A stretch of 64,000 nucleotides of DNA from Bacteroidales bacterium (GTDB lineage: Bacteria; Bacteroidota; Bacteroidia; Bacteroidales; Paludibacteraceae): contig SUWZ01000011.1 in NCBI GenBank assembly GCA_015061185.1, positions 3,328 through 67,327 on the forward strand. The letters run 5' to 3'. The translations under genes were made by a program, and so were the position numbers. Shown one piece after another: positions 1-8,248 of this stretch. The first letter of the stretch is position 1; the number at the start of each line of letters is the position of its first letter. Under the pieces are notes generated by a model. The model worked only from the letters and a program-made list of their open reading frames with translations. It did no database searches and had not been told where the DNA came from.

Positions 1-1211
1 TAGTAAAATCATTTGGCCCTGTTAAGGAACTAGATATTGTATTTAAGTCAATTACAATATTAATTGGCGACCAAGGCACAGGCAAAAGCTGTATTGCCAA
101 ACTTTTTTCAATGTTTAAATGGCTGGAAAAAGAATTGGTTATGCAACGTCAAAAGAGTTCTTATTATGAATCATACAATAAGTTCTCTTCGATGCTGTGC
201 AAATACCACAGATTAGAATCTTTTATCAAAGAAGATACATATATCAAATACGAGGGTGAGAAGTATTCTTTTGAATACGACAATTCAAGATTTCATATTT
301 TTGACAATGGTGGAGACATTCTGTTGTTACCTAAAATAATTTATATCCCGGCAGAAAGGGCTATTTTAAGCGTAGCCGAGAATAAATCACGCCTGCTAAA
401 AGAATTGCCGGCTTCATGCGACACGTTTCAAGACGTATTCAGCGATGCTAAAAAGAATTTCAAGCGTGGATACAACTTGCCTTTCGGTGAGTTGCATTAT
501 GAATATGACTCTCTGAATGACACAAGTAGAATTTCAGGGAAAGGTTACGAAGAGAGTCCGGTAAAATTAACCCATGCATCCAGTGGCATTCAATCGGCAC
601 TTCCTTTATGTCTTGTTTCTGAATATTTAAGTAGAAAGATATTGGAGAAAGAAGAAACAAAACTTTCAAAAGAGGAAAAGAGCAAGATGGAAAAGCAAAT
701 TTCCGAAATTATGGATAATGATGCATATACAGAGAGCGTAAAAGAAATTATGCTCAAAAAGATATCGTCTTTAAATAGGTATGGTTGCTTTGTCAATATT
801 ACAGAAGAGCCGGAGTTGAACCTGTTTCCAAAATCACAAATGGGAGTTATCCAATCGTTAGTTAAAAACAACAATAGCTCACAAGGGAATAAACTGGTTA
901 TTACCACCCACAGTCCGTACACCTTAGCAATACTTAACTTATTAATTATAGCAGCTAAGACATATGACAAAGGTGACGAAGAAACAAAAAAAGAGGTTGA
1001 ATCAATACTCCCTGTCCAATACCATATTGGCAAGGATCATTTGGCTGCATATAGTTTGAATGAAGGAGACGATGAAACTCCATATTGCAAGTCTATTATC
1101 AGCGAAAATACTGGCATGATTGCCAAAAATGATTTAGACTCAATATCAGAGACCATTTCAATGGAGTTTAATAAATTGTACAGACTTTATGCCAAATCAA
1201 ACAAACAATAA
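1..1211 (+). CDS. ABC/AAA_21-type ATPase, 5'-truncated by the window edge
   Basis: The reading frame is open from nt 3, upstream of the listed ATG at 111. Walker A GDQGTGKS is encoded at about nt 66-89. Other motifs: signature-like ASSGIQS, Walker B-like ITEEPELNLFP, H-loop-like VITTHSPY. Confidence 0.75.
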   Translation, partial: VKSFGPVKELDIVFKSITILIGDQGTGKSCIAKLFSMFKWLEKELVMQRQKSSYYESYNKFSSMLCKYHRLESFIKEDTYIKYEGEKYSFEYDNSRFHIFDNGGDILLLPKIIYIPAERAILSVAENKSRLLKELPASCDTFQDVFSDAKKNFKRGYNLPFGELHYEYDSLNDTSRISGKGYEESPVKLTHASSGIQSALPLCLVSEYLSRKILEKEETKLSKEEKSKMEKQISEIMDNDAYTESVKEIMLKKISSLNRYGCFVNITEEPELNLFPKSQMGVIQSLVKNNNSSQGNKLVITTHSPYTLAILNLLIIAAKTYDKGDEETKKEVESILPVQYHIGKDHLAAYSLNEGDDETPYCKSIISENTGMIAKNDLDSISETISMEFNKLYRLYAKSNKQ

Positions 1212-1794
1212 CATACCCATAGAAGTGAAAAGACTTCGGCTGTGTTCTTCGCTTCAAGATTGTGGCGGAACTGTTGAGGCTTGTCTAAAAGAATCTGATG
1301 CGAAGTCTATGTCTATATATGACAATGAGGCTTTAGGCTACACCGACTGGAAGGGTGGCGACTCCGGTTTACCCGACACATTCATTGCAAACAATTCTGA
1401 CAACAAGAAGCTGATTCTATTGCCACTTGACAATAGAATCATATCAGGCCCGAAGGTAAAGCATGGAGGTGTAGCAGACTGTGCAGTCCTAACAATGGAT
1501 AATCTGAGCTTCATTGAGTTCAAAACTAATGTCAGAAGCAACACAGACCGGAACATCAGCGAAAAAACTGAAGATGCCATTAACCAATTGTGGCATACAT
1601 ACAATGAGATAATTTCTCCTAGATGCTCTGCCAAAGGAATAGATATAGCCAAAATGGTCGACATTGAGTTTTGCATCGTATTCAATAAGGAGTTAGATGT
1701 AACATCGGCTTCTGCATCGAGGCTTAACTATCAAATGGAATTTATGAATGACCATCATTTCCCGTTATATTTTGATAACGAAAAGAATTTTTAA
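1189..1794 (+). CDS. Hypothetical protein with a PD-(D/E)xK-like nuclease motif
   Basis: 201-aa ORF overlapping the ATPase stop by 23 nt. The segment GGVADCAVLTMDNLSFIEFKTN fits a D-x(n)-E-x-K restriction-endonuclease-fold core. I recognise no other family. The start codon is uncertain. Confidence 0.5.
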   Translation: MPNQTNNNIPIEVKRLRLCSSLQDCGGTVEACLKESDAKSMSIYDNEALGYTDWKGGDSGLPDTFIANNSDNKKLILLPLDNRIISGPKVKHGGVADCAVLTMDNLSFIEFKTNVRSNTDRNISEKTEDAINQLWHTYNEIISPRCSAKGIDIAKMVDIEFCIVFNKELDVTSASASRLNYQMEFMNDHHFPLYFDNEKNF

Positions 1795-1898
1795 CTTTAT
1801 CTATTTATAATATGGATGCCGATGGTAATTCTATAGATAAAGCTCGATTACTTCAGGGTAGCACAAAGTTTCGTGATCAAGTATTTAATGGCGAATAA

Positions 1899-2064
1899 AC
1901 CGGTTTTTATCCGACAACAAAAAGTTGGTTTATAAGCAAAGACATCGGCATGTACAACACCTGCAGTCACTTTTGCGTCTATTGCTACGCCAACAACAAG
2001 CAAAGAACTTGTGATAAAGAACAGGGCAAAGCTTTCTGATGATAGCGAAAGTATAATTGGGTAG
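1899..2064 (+). pseudogene. Relic of the C-terminus of a DUF1848-like (Cys-rich) protein
   Basis: Translation gives ...DIGMYNTCSHFCVYCYANNKQ..., which resembles the conserved DUF1848 C-terminal C-x3-C-x2-CYAN motif. It has no upstream body, in-frame stops precede it, and there is an apparent frameshift near 2037. Confidence 0.35.
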
Positions 2065-2290
2065 CATTAAACAAGACTGTCATGAACTCATCCAACAAAA
2101 AAAGTTCTTCTTCCAAATTCACTTTTATCATTGGGAAAACAATACATCTGCCGGTAAGGTACACAAATACAGTATAAAAAAGGGAAATACCCAAAATAAC
2201 CAAAGTAAATATAATCATTTAACTCACATATACTATAATGCAAAAGGATCGTTTATTTTGAAACAAATTGTTCAACAATATTACCTAAAA

Positions 2291-2420
2291 AGGTTATAAA
2301 CAACAATTATAACCAAAAATAGTTATAATTTCCCATTATAACCAAAATAGGTTATAAATATAGATTATAACTAAAAAAGGTTATAATCAAACATTATAAA
2401 TAAAAATAGTTAAAAAGTAA
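2291..2420. repeat. Array A: 4 full plus 1 degenerate 29-bp units, each GTTATAA-N7-TTATAAC
   Basis: GTTATAA occurs at 2293, 2322, 2351 and 2380, with a degenerate copy at 2409. TTATAAC occurs at 2307, 2336 and 2365, with a degenerate copy at 2394. The period is exactly 29 bp. Confidence 0.9.
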
Positions 2421-2531
2421 GAGGAGAGTTGTTGTTTTACTACGTTTAGCAAGCAAAATCAATATAAGGTTACGTAAAATAGATTATACATAACTCTCTA
2501 AATAGCAAATACATACAAAGTTAAAAGTTGA

Positions 2532-3227
2532 TTATGAAGCGCAAACCATCAGACCGCAAAGTAAGGCAATTCCAAAACTTAAAAATGTACCGGCAAGAAC
2601 ATATTCCGTTTTTGCAGTATCAGTATCTTTAAATCTTAAGATTGACTTAGCAGCAATAACAAACCCGATAGCTTCAAACTGACCAATAATTACAAAAATC
2701 ATGGTAAGCAATCGTTCCAAATTACCAATTAATCCACCTGCGTTCTTTATGTTACTACATGATTTTGACTCTCCAACATCATATTTTTTGAGTAACAATT
2801 TAATGAAAATATTGGTAGGTTTTATACAAATAAGAGTTGCTATTAGTAAAATAGGGATAGAAAAATTTTCACATTGGTCTATTAGATGTATAGGTAATTC
2901 AATTTGAGTCTCATATACAATAGAGATGAGAAGTAATATGCCTAAATGAAGTAGTTGATCTGCTAAAAAAACACCTAAACTATTGCGAAAATATAGTTTT
3001 ATAGAATCAATTATAAGATGAGTTAGAATTATTAAAATAGCATAAATTCCAAAATCAATAGATGGTATCAATAACCAGGCTATTAATCCCATAATAATAG
3101 AATGCACATAGAGAAACCAACATTTTATTTTTTTTGTCTCTTTTTGTTTGCAAAAGTAGTCGGTTTGTAAGTAGAAATCTCCAATAATATGTGTTAAAAG
3201 CAAACTAGACAGTAAATCGTTATTCAT
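2532..3227 (-). CDS. DUF3307 (SatC-like) multi-pass membrane protein
   Basis: N-terminal HIIGDFYLQT motif typical of DUF3307. Multiple hydrophobic helices. It lies 4 nt downstream of the satD-like gene. Confidence 0.8.
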   Translation of the reverse strand: MNNDLLSSLLLTHIIGDFYLQTDYFCKQKETKKIKCWFLYVHSIIMGLIAWLLIPSIDFGIYAILIILTHLIIDSIKLYFRNSLGVFLADQLLHLGILLLISIVYETQIELPIHLIDQCENFSIPILLIATLICIKPTNIFIKLLLKKYDVGESKSCSNIKNAGGLIGNLERLLTMIFVIIGQFEAIGFVIAAKSILRFKDTDTAKTEYVLAGTFLSFGIALLCGLMVCAS

Positions 3228-3231
3228 TAAA

Positions 3232-3879
3232 TTAAAATTTTATCCTTTCAAAATAGTTTAAAGCCTCTTCAATACAATACCACTGCGCTGAAGTAGTATG
3301 TTTGTTGACCCCAGCTTGTGAAATTTTCATCTCCTTGGCTATTTCACACTCTTTTTTAGATAGTAGTTTGTAAAATATAACTTCACTTTGCCTTTTTGTA
3401 GCATTGTTCATTATAGCATCGGTCAAAATAGCAATTGTATGCAAGGAGGAGCGATAAAAGGTGTTATTAATATTTATTTTTAATGTCCCCTTTTTGGGTG
3501 TTCTCATCTTCTCAACACTCCGCCCGGATAAGTAAATGGCTTCACCATCCATTATATTAGCCACTTTATCTATAATTCTCATTTCGCCGATACCAATTGC
3601 AATCCGAATACCATAGGTTTGAAATTTTTTATTTTCTAATGATCTATTCAATTGGGTAGATTTTATAAATGCTTTAATTATTAAAGCAATACGAAATGAA
3701 TCTACGGCATTAGGGATTGTACACTCAATATAATCTCCTTTTATTTGTCTCCCCCAAAAGCCTGGATATTTCGTCTCCAATAATTGAAACAATTCATCTA
3801 TTTTTCGTTTCAATTCAATTGTTCCCTCTTTTGAAATTGAGGTTGATGATATAATATCAGCTGAAATCGTTGCTTGCAT
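3232..3879 (-). CDS. SatD-family protein: nucleotidyl-cyclase-like N-domain plus C-terminal sigma70-r4/LuxR-like HTH
   Basis: ISADIISST, KGDYIECT and IRIAIGIGEM resemble class III cyclase/GGDEF palm motifs. The C-terminal ECEIAKEMKISQAGVNKH is HTH-like. SatD is typically paired with DUF3307. Confidence 0.75.
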   Translation of the reverse strand: MQATISADIISSTSISKEGTIELKRKIDELFQLLETKYPGFWGRQIKGDYIECTIPNAVDSFRIALIIKAFIKSTQLNRSLENKKFQTYGIRIAIGIGEMRIIDKVANIMDGEAIYLSGRSVEKMRTPKKGTLKININNTFYRSSLHTIAILTDAIMNNATKRQSEVIFYKLLSKKECEIAKEMKISQAGVNKHTTSAQWYCIEEALNYFERIKF

Positions 3880-3899
3880 CGTTTTTATTCTTTCAACTA

Positions 3900-3907
3900 C
3901 AAATATA
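3900..3907 (-). promoter_or_regulatory. Bacteroidota -7 box (TATATTTG) for satD
   Basis: The plus strand reads CAAATATA 21 nt upstream of the satD ATG. Confidence 0.4.
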
Positions 3908-4056
3908 GTATATTTATTCTTTCTTTTTGAAGTTGCGATTGATTTTTTTTTCTTATTTAGTCACAACAAATTCTATTTACAAATTGAGTAACTAAAACCA
4001 CTCTTGAGCAAATATATAAAATAAGTTAGCTCTTTTCGTATTTCTAATAATTACCT

Positions 4057-4190
4057 TAAATGGTTATAATTGCCATTTATAACCATATATAGTTATAATT
4101 ACTTATTATAACCAAAATCAGTTATAATTATATATTATAACCTTAAATAGTTATAATCGCCATTTATAACCTTTTTCAGTTAATAAAAGT
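4057..4190. repeat. Array B: 4 full plus 1 degenerate 29-bp units, same design and orientation as array A
   Basis: GTTATAA occurs at 4063, 4092, 4121 and 4150, with a degenerate copy at 4179. TTATAAC occurs at 4077, 4106, 4135 and 4164. Confidence 0.9.
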
Positions 4191-4284
4191 TTCATAATAA
4201 TGAGTTCTCTAAAAATTATCTCTTGCATATCTTGAGAATTTTTACGAATATTGTAGGTTAAAAAAAATTAATTGAGAGATTGAT

Positions 4285-5574
4285 ATGAAATTATTTTTAA
4301 AAGGGGGAATATTTTGTATTTGTTCCTTATTGGTTAGTTCCTTAGGAGCGCAAACAACCAAAGAGGAAATGATGTTACACATCAACCAAACAGCAAGTAA
4401 CTACCGTGCTTATTCAACCGATTTTAAACCACAATCGAAAGTACCTAAGGGGTATCAGGCTTTCTACGTTAGTCACTACGGAAGACATGGGTCTCGCTAC
4501 CATTATTCGGCTACTGATTTTAAAAATATGTTGGAGATTTTGCAAAAAGCAGATTCTGCCAATGCTTTGACGGAGTTGGGAGTCAGTGTTAAAAATCGCT
4601 TTGCTAGAATCTATGAAGATGGCAAAATGAAGGCTGGAGATCTTACTCAGAAAGGGGTTGAGCAACATAAAGGCATTGCTCGTCGAATGGTGGAAAATTG
4701 TCCTAAAGTATTTAAAGGGGAGGCAAAAATCAGTGCTAAATCTTCCACATCCGTACGCTGTGTGCTGAGCATGAATGCTTTTTGTCAGGAGTTGAAAACT
4801 ATTAATCCGAAGCTTCAAATCACAAACGAAGCAAGTAAGCGTCTGATGTCCTACATCTGCTATGAAGAGAAAGAGGATCAAAACAAAAGAATGAACGATA
4901 CCTTATGGACTAAACCTTTTGGAGAATTGCATTATCGGTTAATTCATCCTTCAAGAATGATGAACGTTTTATTTAAAGACAAAGAGTATTTGGATAAAAA
5001 TATAGACTCTGTTGCCTTTATGCGCAAATTATATGATATTCACTCCAGTATGCAAGGAATGGATAGTTTAAATATCGATTTTAGTGATGTTTGGACAAAA
5101 GAGGAATTATACAACAATTGGCGAGTGCAAAATGCTTGGTGGTACGCCAATAGTGGTCCTTGTCCGCTTACTTTGTCTAAAAATCCATTGTTAGCTCGAA
5201 ACCTACTAAAGAATATTTTGGACGAAGCCAAAAAAGCTGTCGATGGGAAAGGGGATAACGCCACTCTTCGATTTGGACACGACATGGGTATTCTTCCTTT
5301 GGCTTCGCTGATGGGAATGCAAGGTTGTGATGTTAAAACTACTGATCTTGAAAATTTACATACTGTTTGGACTGATTTTAGAATCATTCCAATGGGAGCT
5401 AATATTCAATTGATTTTCTATCGTCATAAAAAGAGTAAAAATGTTTTAGTCAAGGCTCTACTAAACGAAAATGAGGTGACTTTACCTTTGAAAAGTGATA
5501 TTGCACCTTATTATAATTGGGAAGATTTTTACCAATATTATTCAGCTTTACTAAAAGAGATAGCTATAAAGTAA
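4285..5574 (+). CDS. Secreted histidine acid phosphatase (branch 2 histidine phosphatase)
   Basis: Signal peptide. RHGSRY catalytic motif. Downstream GHDMG (HD) motif. Confidence 0.8.
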   Translation: MKLFLKGGIFCICSLLVSSLGAQTTKEEMMLHINQTASNYRAYSTDFKPQSKVPKGYQAFYVSHYGRHGSRYHYSATDFKNMLEILQKADSANALTELGVSVKNRFARIYEDGKMKAGDLTQKGVEQHKGIARRMVENCPKVFKGEAKISAKSSTSVRCVLSMNAFCQELKTINPKLQITNEASKRLMSYICYEEKEDQNKRMNDTLWTKPFGELHYRLIHPSRMMNVLFKDKEYLDKNIDSVAFMRKLYDIHSSMQGMDSLNIDFSDVWTKEELYNNWRVQNAWWYANSGPCPLTLSKNPLLARNLLKNILDEAKKAVDGKGDNATLRFGHDMGILPLASLMGMQGCDVKTTDLENLHTVWTDFRIIPMGANIQLIFYRHKKSKNVLVKALLNENEVTLPLKSDIAPYYNWEDFYQYYSALLKEIAIK

Positions 5575-5641
5575 TTTACCAATTTTATAATTACAATTGA
5601 ATTTCATGATTCATAGAGGGTACTCTTACACTAAAATTTAC

Positions 5642-5649
5642 TACCTTTG
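5642..5649 (+). promoter_or_regulatory. -7 box TACCTTTG upstream of gldF
   Basis: Matches TAnnTTTG 37 nt before the ATG at 5686. Confidence 0.4.
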
Positions 5650-5685
5650 AGGTCGATTTTGAATCAATCTTTACATGTGTGAGTT

Positions 5686-6414
5686 ATGTTTACATTGTTG
5701 AAAAAAGAATTTAATAATTTTTTTGCTTCCCCCATGGGATATATCGTGGTGGGTGTATTTTTAGTGGTGACAGCTCTCTTTTTATGGGTTTTTCCGGGAG
5801 AATACAATATTTTGGATTCCGGCTATGCAAATATAGACGGACTTTTCTATTTTGCACCTTGGCTATATCTCTTCTTAGTGCCGGCTGTTACCATGAGACT
5901 ATTTGCAGAAGAGAAGAAAACCGGCACCATTGAGTTACTAATGACTCGCCCAATTTCTTCTTGGAGTATCGTATTATCTAAATATTTGGCCGGAGTATTA
6001 TTAGTGCTCTGTTCACTTTTCCCTACATTAATCTATTTTGCATCTGTTTGGTGCTTGGGAGATCCTATGGGAAATATCGATACAGGAGGAACTTGGGGTT
6101 CCTATATCGGTTTATTTTTCTTGGCTATTATCTATGTGGCCATCGGCATTTTTGCCTCTTCGTTGACAGATAATCAAATTATCTCTTTTATTGTGGCTGC
6201 TCTTTTGTGTTTCTTCTTTTATGCCGGTTTCGATATTATTTCCGGTATGGCTAATAGCGGAAACACAGAGACTTTTATCTCTTCATTGGGTATCAATGCT
6301 CACTATGAATCAATGAGCAGAGGAGTTATCGATAGTAGAGATATTGTCTACTACTTAGTGGTGGTTGCTATCTTTATTTTCTTAACTCAAACTGTTATTG
6401 ACAGAAAAAAATAA
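5686..6414 (+). CDS. gldF: Gliding-motility ABC transporter permease GldF
   Basis: About 240 aa ABC-2 permease. The conserved stretch PAVTMRLFAEEKKTGTIELLMTRPIS is typical of GldF. Confidence 0.8.
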   Translation: MFTLLKKEFNNFFASPMGYIVVGVFLVVTALFLWVFPGEYNILDSGYANIDGLFYFAPWLYLFLVPAVTMRLFAEEKKTGTIELLMTRPISSWSIVLSKYLAGVLLVLCSLFPTLIYFASVWCLGDPMGNIDTGGTWGSYIGLFFLAIIYVAIGIFASSLTDNQIISFIVAALLCFFFYAGFDIISGMANSGNTETFISSLGINAHYESMSRGVIDSRDIVYYLVVVAIFIFLTQTVIDRKK

Positions 6415-6415
6415 G

Positions 6416-7042
6416 ATGCTATTTTATAACAAAAAATTGATTAATGGTTGTTCACTCGCTATTTGGAAAATTGATGAGTCTGTGGAGCAACTTTTGTCTC
6501 ATTTTTCTACTTATAAAGAGGCTATAACAACACAGATAGCCTCTATGAAAAGTGAAAAACGACAAAAAGAATTTCTTTCTGTCAGAATATTGATTTCTAA
6601 ACTATTAGGAAGTGAGAATAATGTTGTATATAATAATAACGGTCGCCCTTCGCTGTTAAATCGAGAAGAGAAAATAAGTATAAGTCATACACAAGGTTAT
6701 GCCTCTGTTATTATTCATCCCAATCGGACTGTTGGGGTGGATATAGAGCAGTGCAGAGAGAAGATTTTTAGAGTTAAACACAAATTTTTGTCGGCTTATG
6801 AATTGGCTCATGTAGATCTTCAAAATGAACTCAAATACCTAACGTTATTGTGGTCTGCCAAAGAGACTCTTTATAAACTCTCAGAGAATCATTTAGTTGA
6901 ATTTGATGAAGATATGGAGATAGAACCTTTAACACTCTCTTCTTGTGGTCTGCTATACATCACCGATAAAAAAGTTGGAAAAAGATATGAACTTTCGTAT
7001 CAATTTTTTGATGATTTTGTTATTGTTTATGGAGCTGAGTGA
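6416..7042 (+). CDS. 4'-phosphopantetheinyl transferase (Sfp type)
   Basis: GRPSL, ISISHT, GVDIE and WSAKETLYK motifs. The listed start at 6398 is TTG, and the ATG at 6416 lies just after the gldF stop. Confidence 0.8.
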   Translation: MLFYNKKLINGCSLAIWKIDESVEQLLSHFSTYKEAITTQIASMKSEKRQKEFLSVRILISKLLGSENNVVYNNNGRPSLLNREEKISISHTQGYASVIIHPNRTVGVDIEQCREKIFRVKHKFLSAYELAHVDLQNELKYLTLLWSAKETLYKLSENHLVEFDEDMEIEPLTLSSCGLLYITDKKVGKRYELSYQFFDDFVIVYGAE

Positions 7043-7054
7043 AAATATTAGTTT

Positions 7055-8248
7055 ATGAGACATTGCTACCTATTTAATCCTGAAAATGATTTGGCCTTAG
7101 CGAGCAATTCTTCGCATTACCATACTCCTAAAAAGATATTGGAATTTTCTTCCGATCTTTCTTTGTTACCCGTTTGGTACGCTCCTAATAATAGTTTAAT
7201 ACTAACTCGAACTGATGTTGACTCCCAATGGTATCAAGAACTCTTCTCTCAATTGGGGATTCAGCAAAAATGGCTCGCCTTGGAACGTTATTCCTATCAA
7301 TCGAATGACCAGCTTTCTCCATGGGGCTGGAATTCCACTCTTCTTGCGTGGTGGAAAAAGCTGAATCCATCTTTTTCGATTTGTTTGGAGCAAATGAAAA
7401 ATTGGTCCTCAAGGGAAGTTACAATTAATTTGCTTTCCTACCTCAAACAACAAAATCTTCTTGAATCATCGGTATATATTCCACAAAAACTTAACAGCTA
7501 TTCTGATATACTGAGATTTCAAACAGAACATCCATCGTTTATATTGAAATCTCCTTGGTCAGGAAGTGGGAAAGGACTCTTTTGGAGTAATGGATTATGG
7601 AGAGATAAATTAAAAGAATGGAGTAACAATATCTTAACTACTCAAGGTTTTGTAATAGGAGAGTTGGCGTATGAAAAAATGCATGATTTCGCCATGGAGT
7701 TCCATTGTCAAGACGGCAATGTATCTTTTATTGGATACTCTCATTTTTTGACAGATAAATTCGGTCATTACAAATACAATATTATGGCATCTGATAAGGA
7801 GATAGAATCTTTCTTACTACATAAACTTTACCATCCGGAAAGATTGTTGCGAACAAAAGAGAAAATTATTTTGTTTTTGAAAGAAAATTTAGCACAATTT
7901 TACAATGGATATTTGGGAATTGATATGATGTTATATGGCTCAAAATCAACAAATTGTTTTCTTCATCCTTGCGTTGAAATCAATTTAAGAATGAATATGG
8001 GAATTGTTTCACAAATGATTCACAAACGTTATTTTCCGGAAGAAACAAAAGGGATATACAACGTAAAAACATTTTCTTCTCCTAAAGACTTAGTTGATTA
8101 TGACCTCTTTATGCGAAAGAAATTTCCTTTAAAGATCGAGTCAAAGAAAATTATGAATGGCTATTTGGCTCTGACACAGATAGCTCCCAATTCTCGCTCT
8201 CTTGCTTATTTACAAAGTGGAATAGAAGAGGAGGTCTCCCATGTTTGA
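7055..8248 (+). CDS. Hypothetical protein, probable ATP-grasp fold
   Basis: ILKSPWSGSGKGLFW is a Lys plus Gly-rich loop. LGIDMML...VEINLRMNMG is an E-x-N Mg site typical of ATP-grasp enzymes. Confidence 0.55.
   Translation: MRHCYLFNPENDLALASNSSHYHTPKKILEFSSDLSLLPVWYAPNNSLILTRTDVDSQWYQELFSQLGIQQKWLALERYSYQSNDQLSPWGWNSTLLAWWKKLNPSFSICLEQMKNWSSREVTINLLSYLKQQNLLESSVYIPQKLNSYSDILRFQTEHPSFILKSPWSGSGKGLFWSNGLWRDKLKEWSNNILTTQGFVIGELAYEKMHDFAMEFHCQDGNVSFIGYSHFLTDKFGHYKYNIMASDKEIESFLLHKLYHPERLLRTKEKIILFLKENLAQFYNGYLGIDMMLYGSKSTNCFLHPCVEINLRMNMGIVSQMIHKRYFPEETKGIYNVKTFSSPKDLVDYDLFMRKKFPLKIESKKIMNGYLALTQIAPNSRSLAYLQSGIEEEVSHV

Noticed and set aside
1985-2299. 77-aa and 80-aa ORFs between the DUF1848 relic and array A
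   Set aside because: They overlap each other on opposite strands in low-complexity AT-rich sequence and run into the repeat array. There are no motifs or promoter boxes.
2291-4190. The 29-bp-period arrays as CRISPR arrays
   Set aside because: The units abut one another with only 7-nt and 8-nt variable stretches. There are no unique spacers of about 30 bp and no cas genes anywhere in the window.
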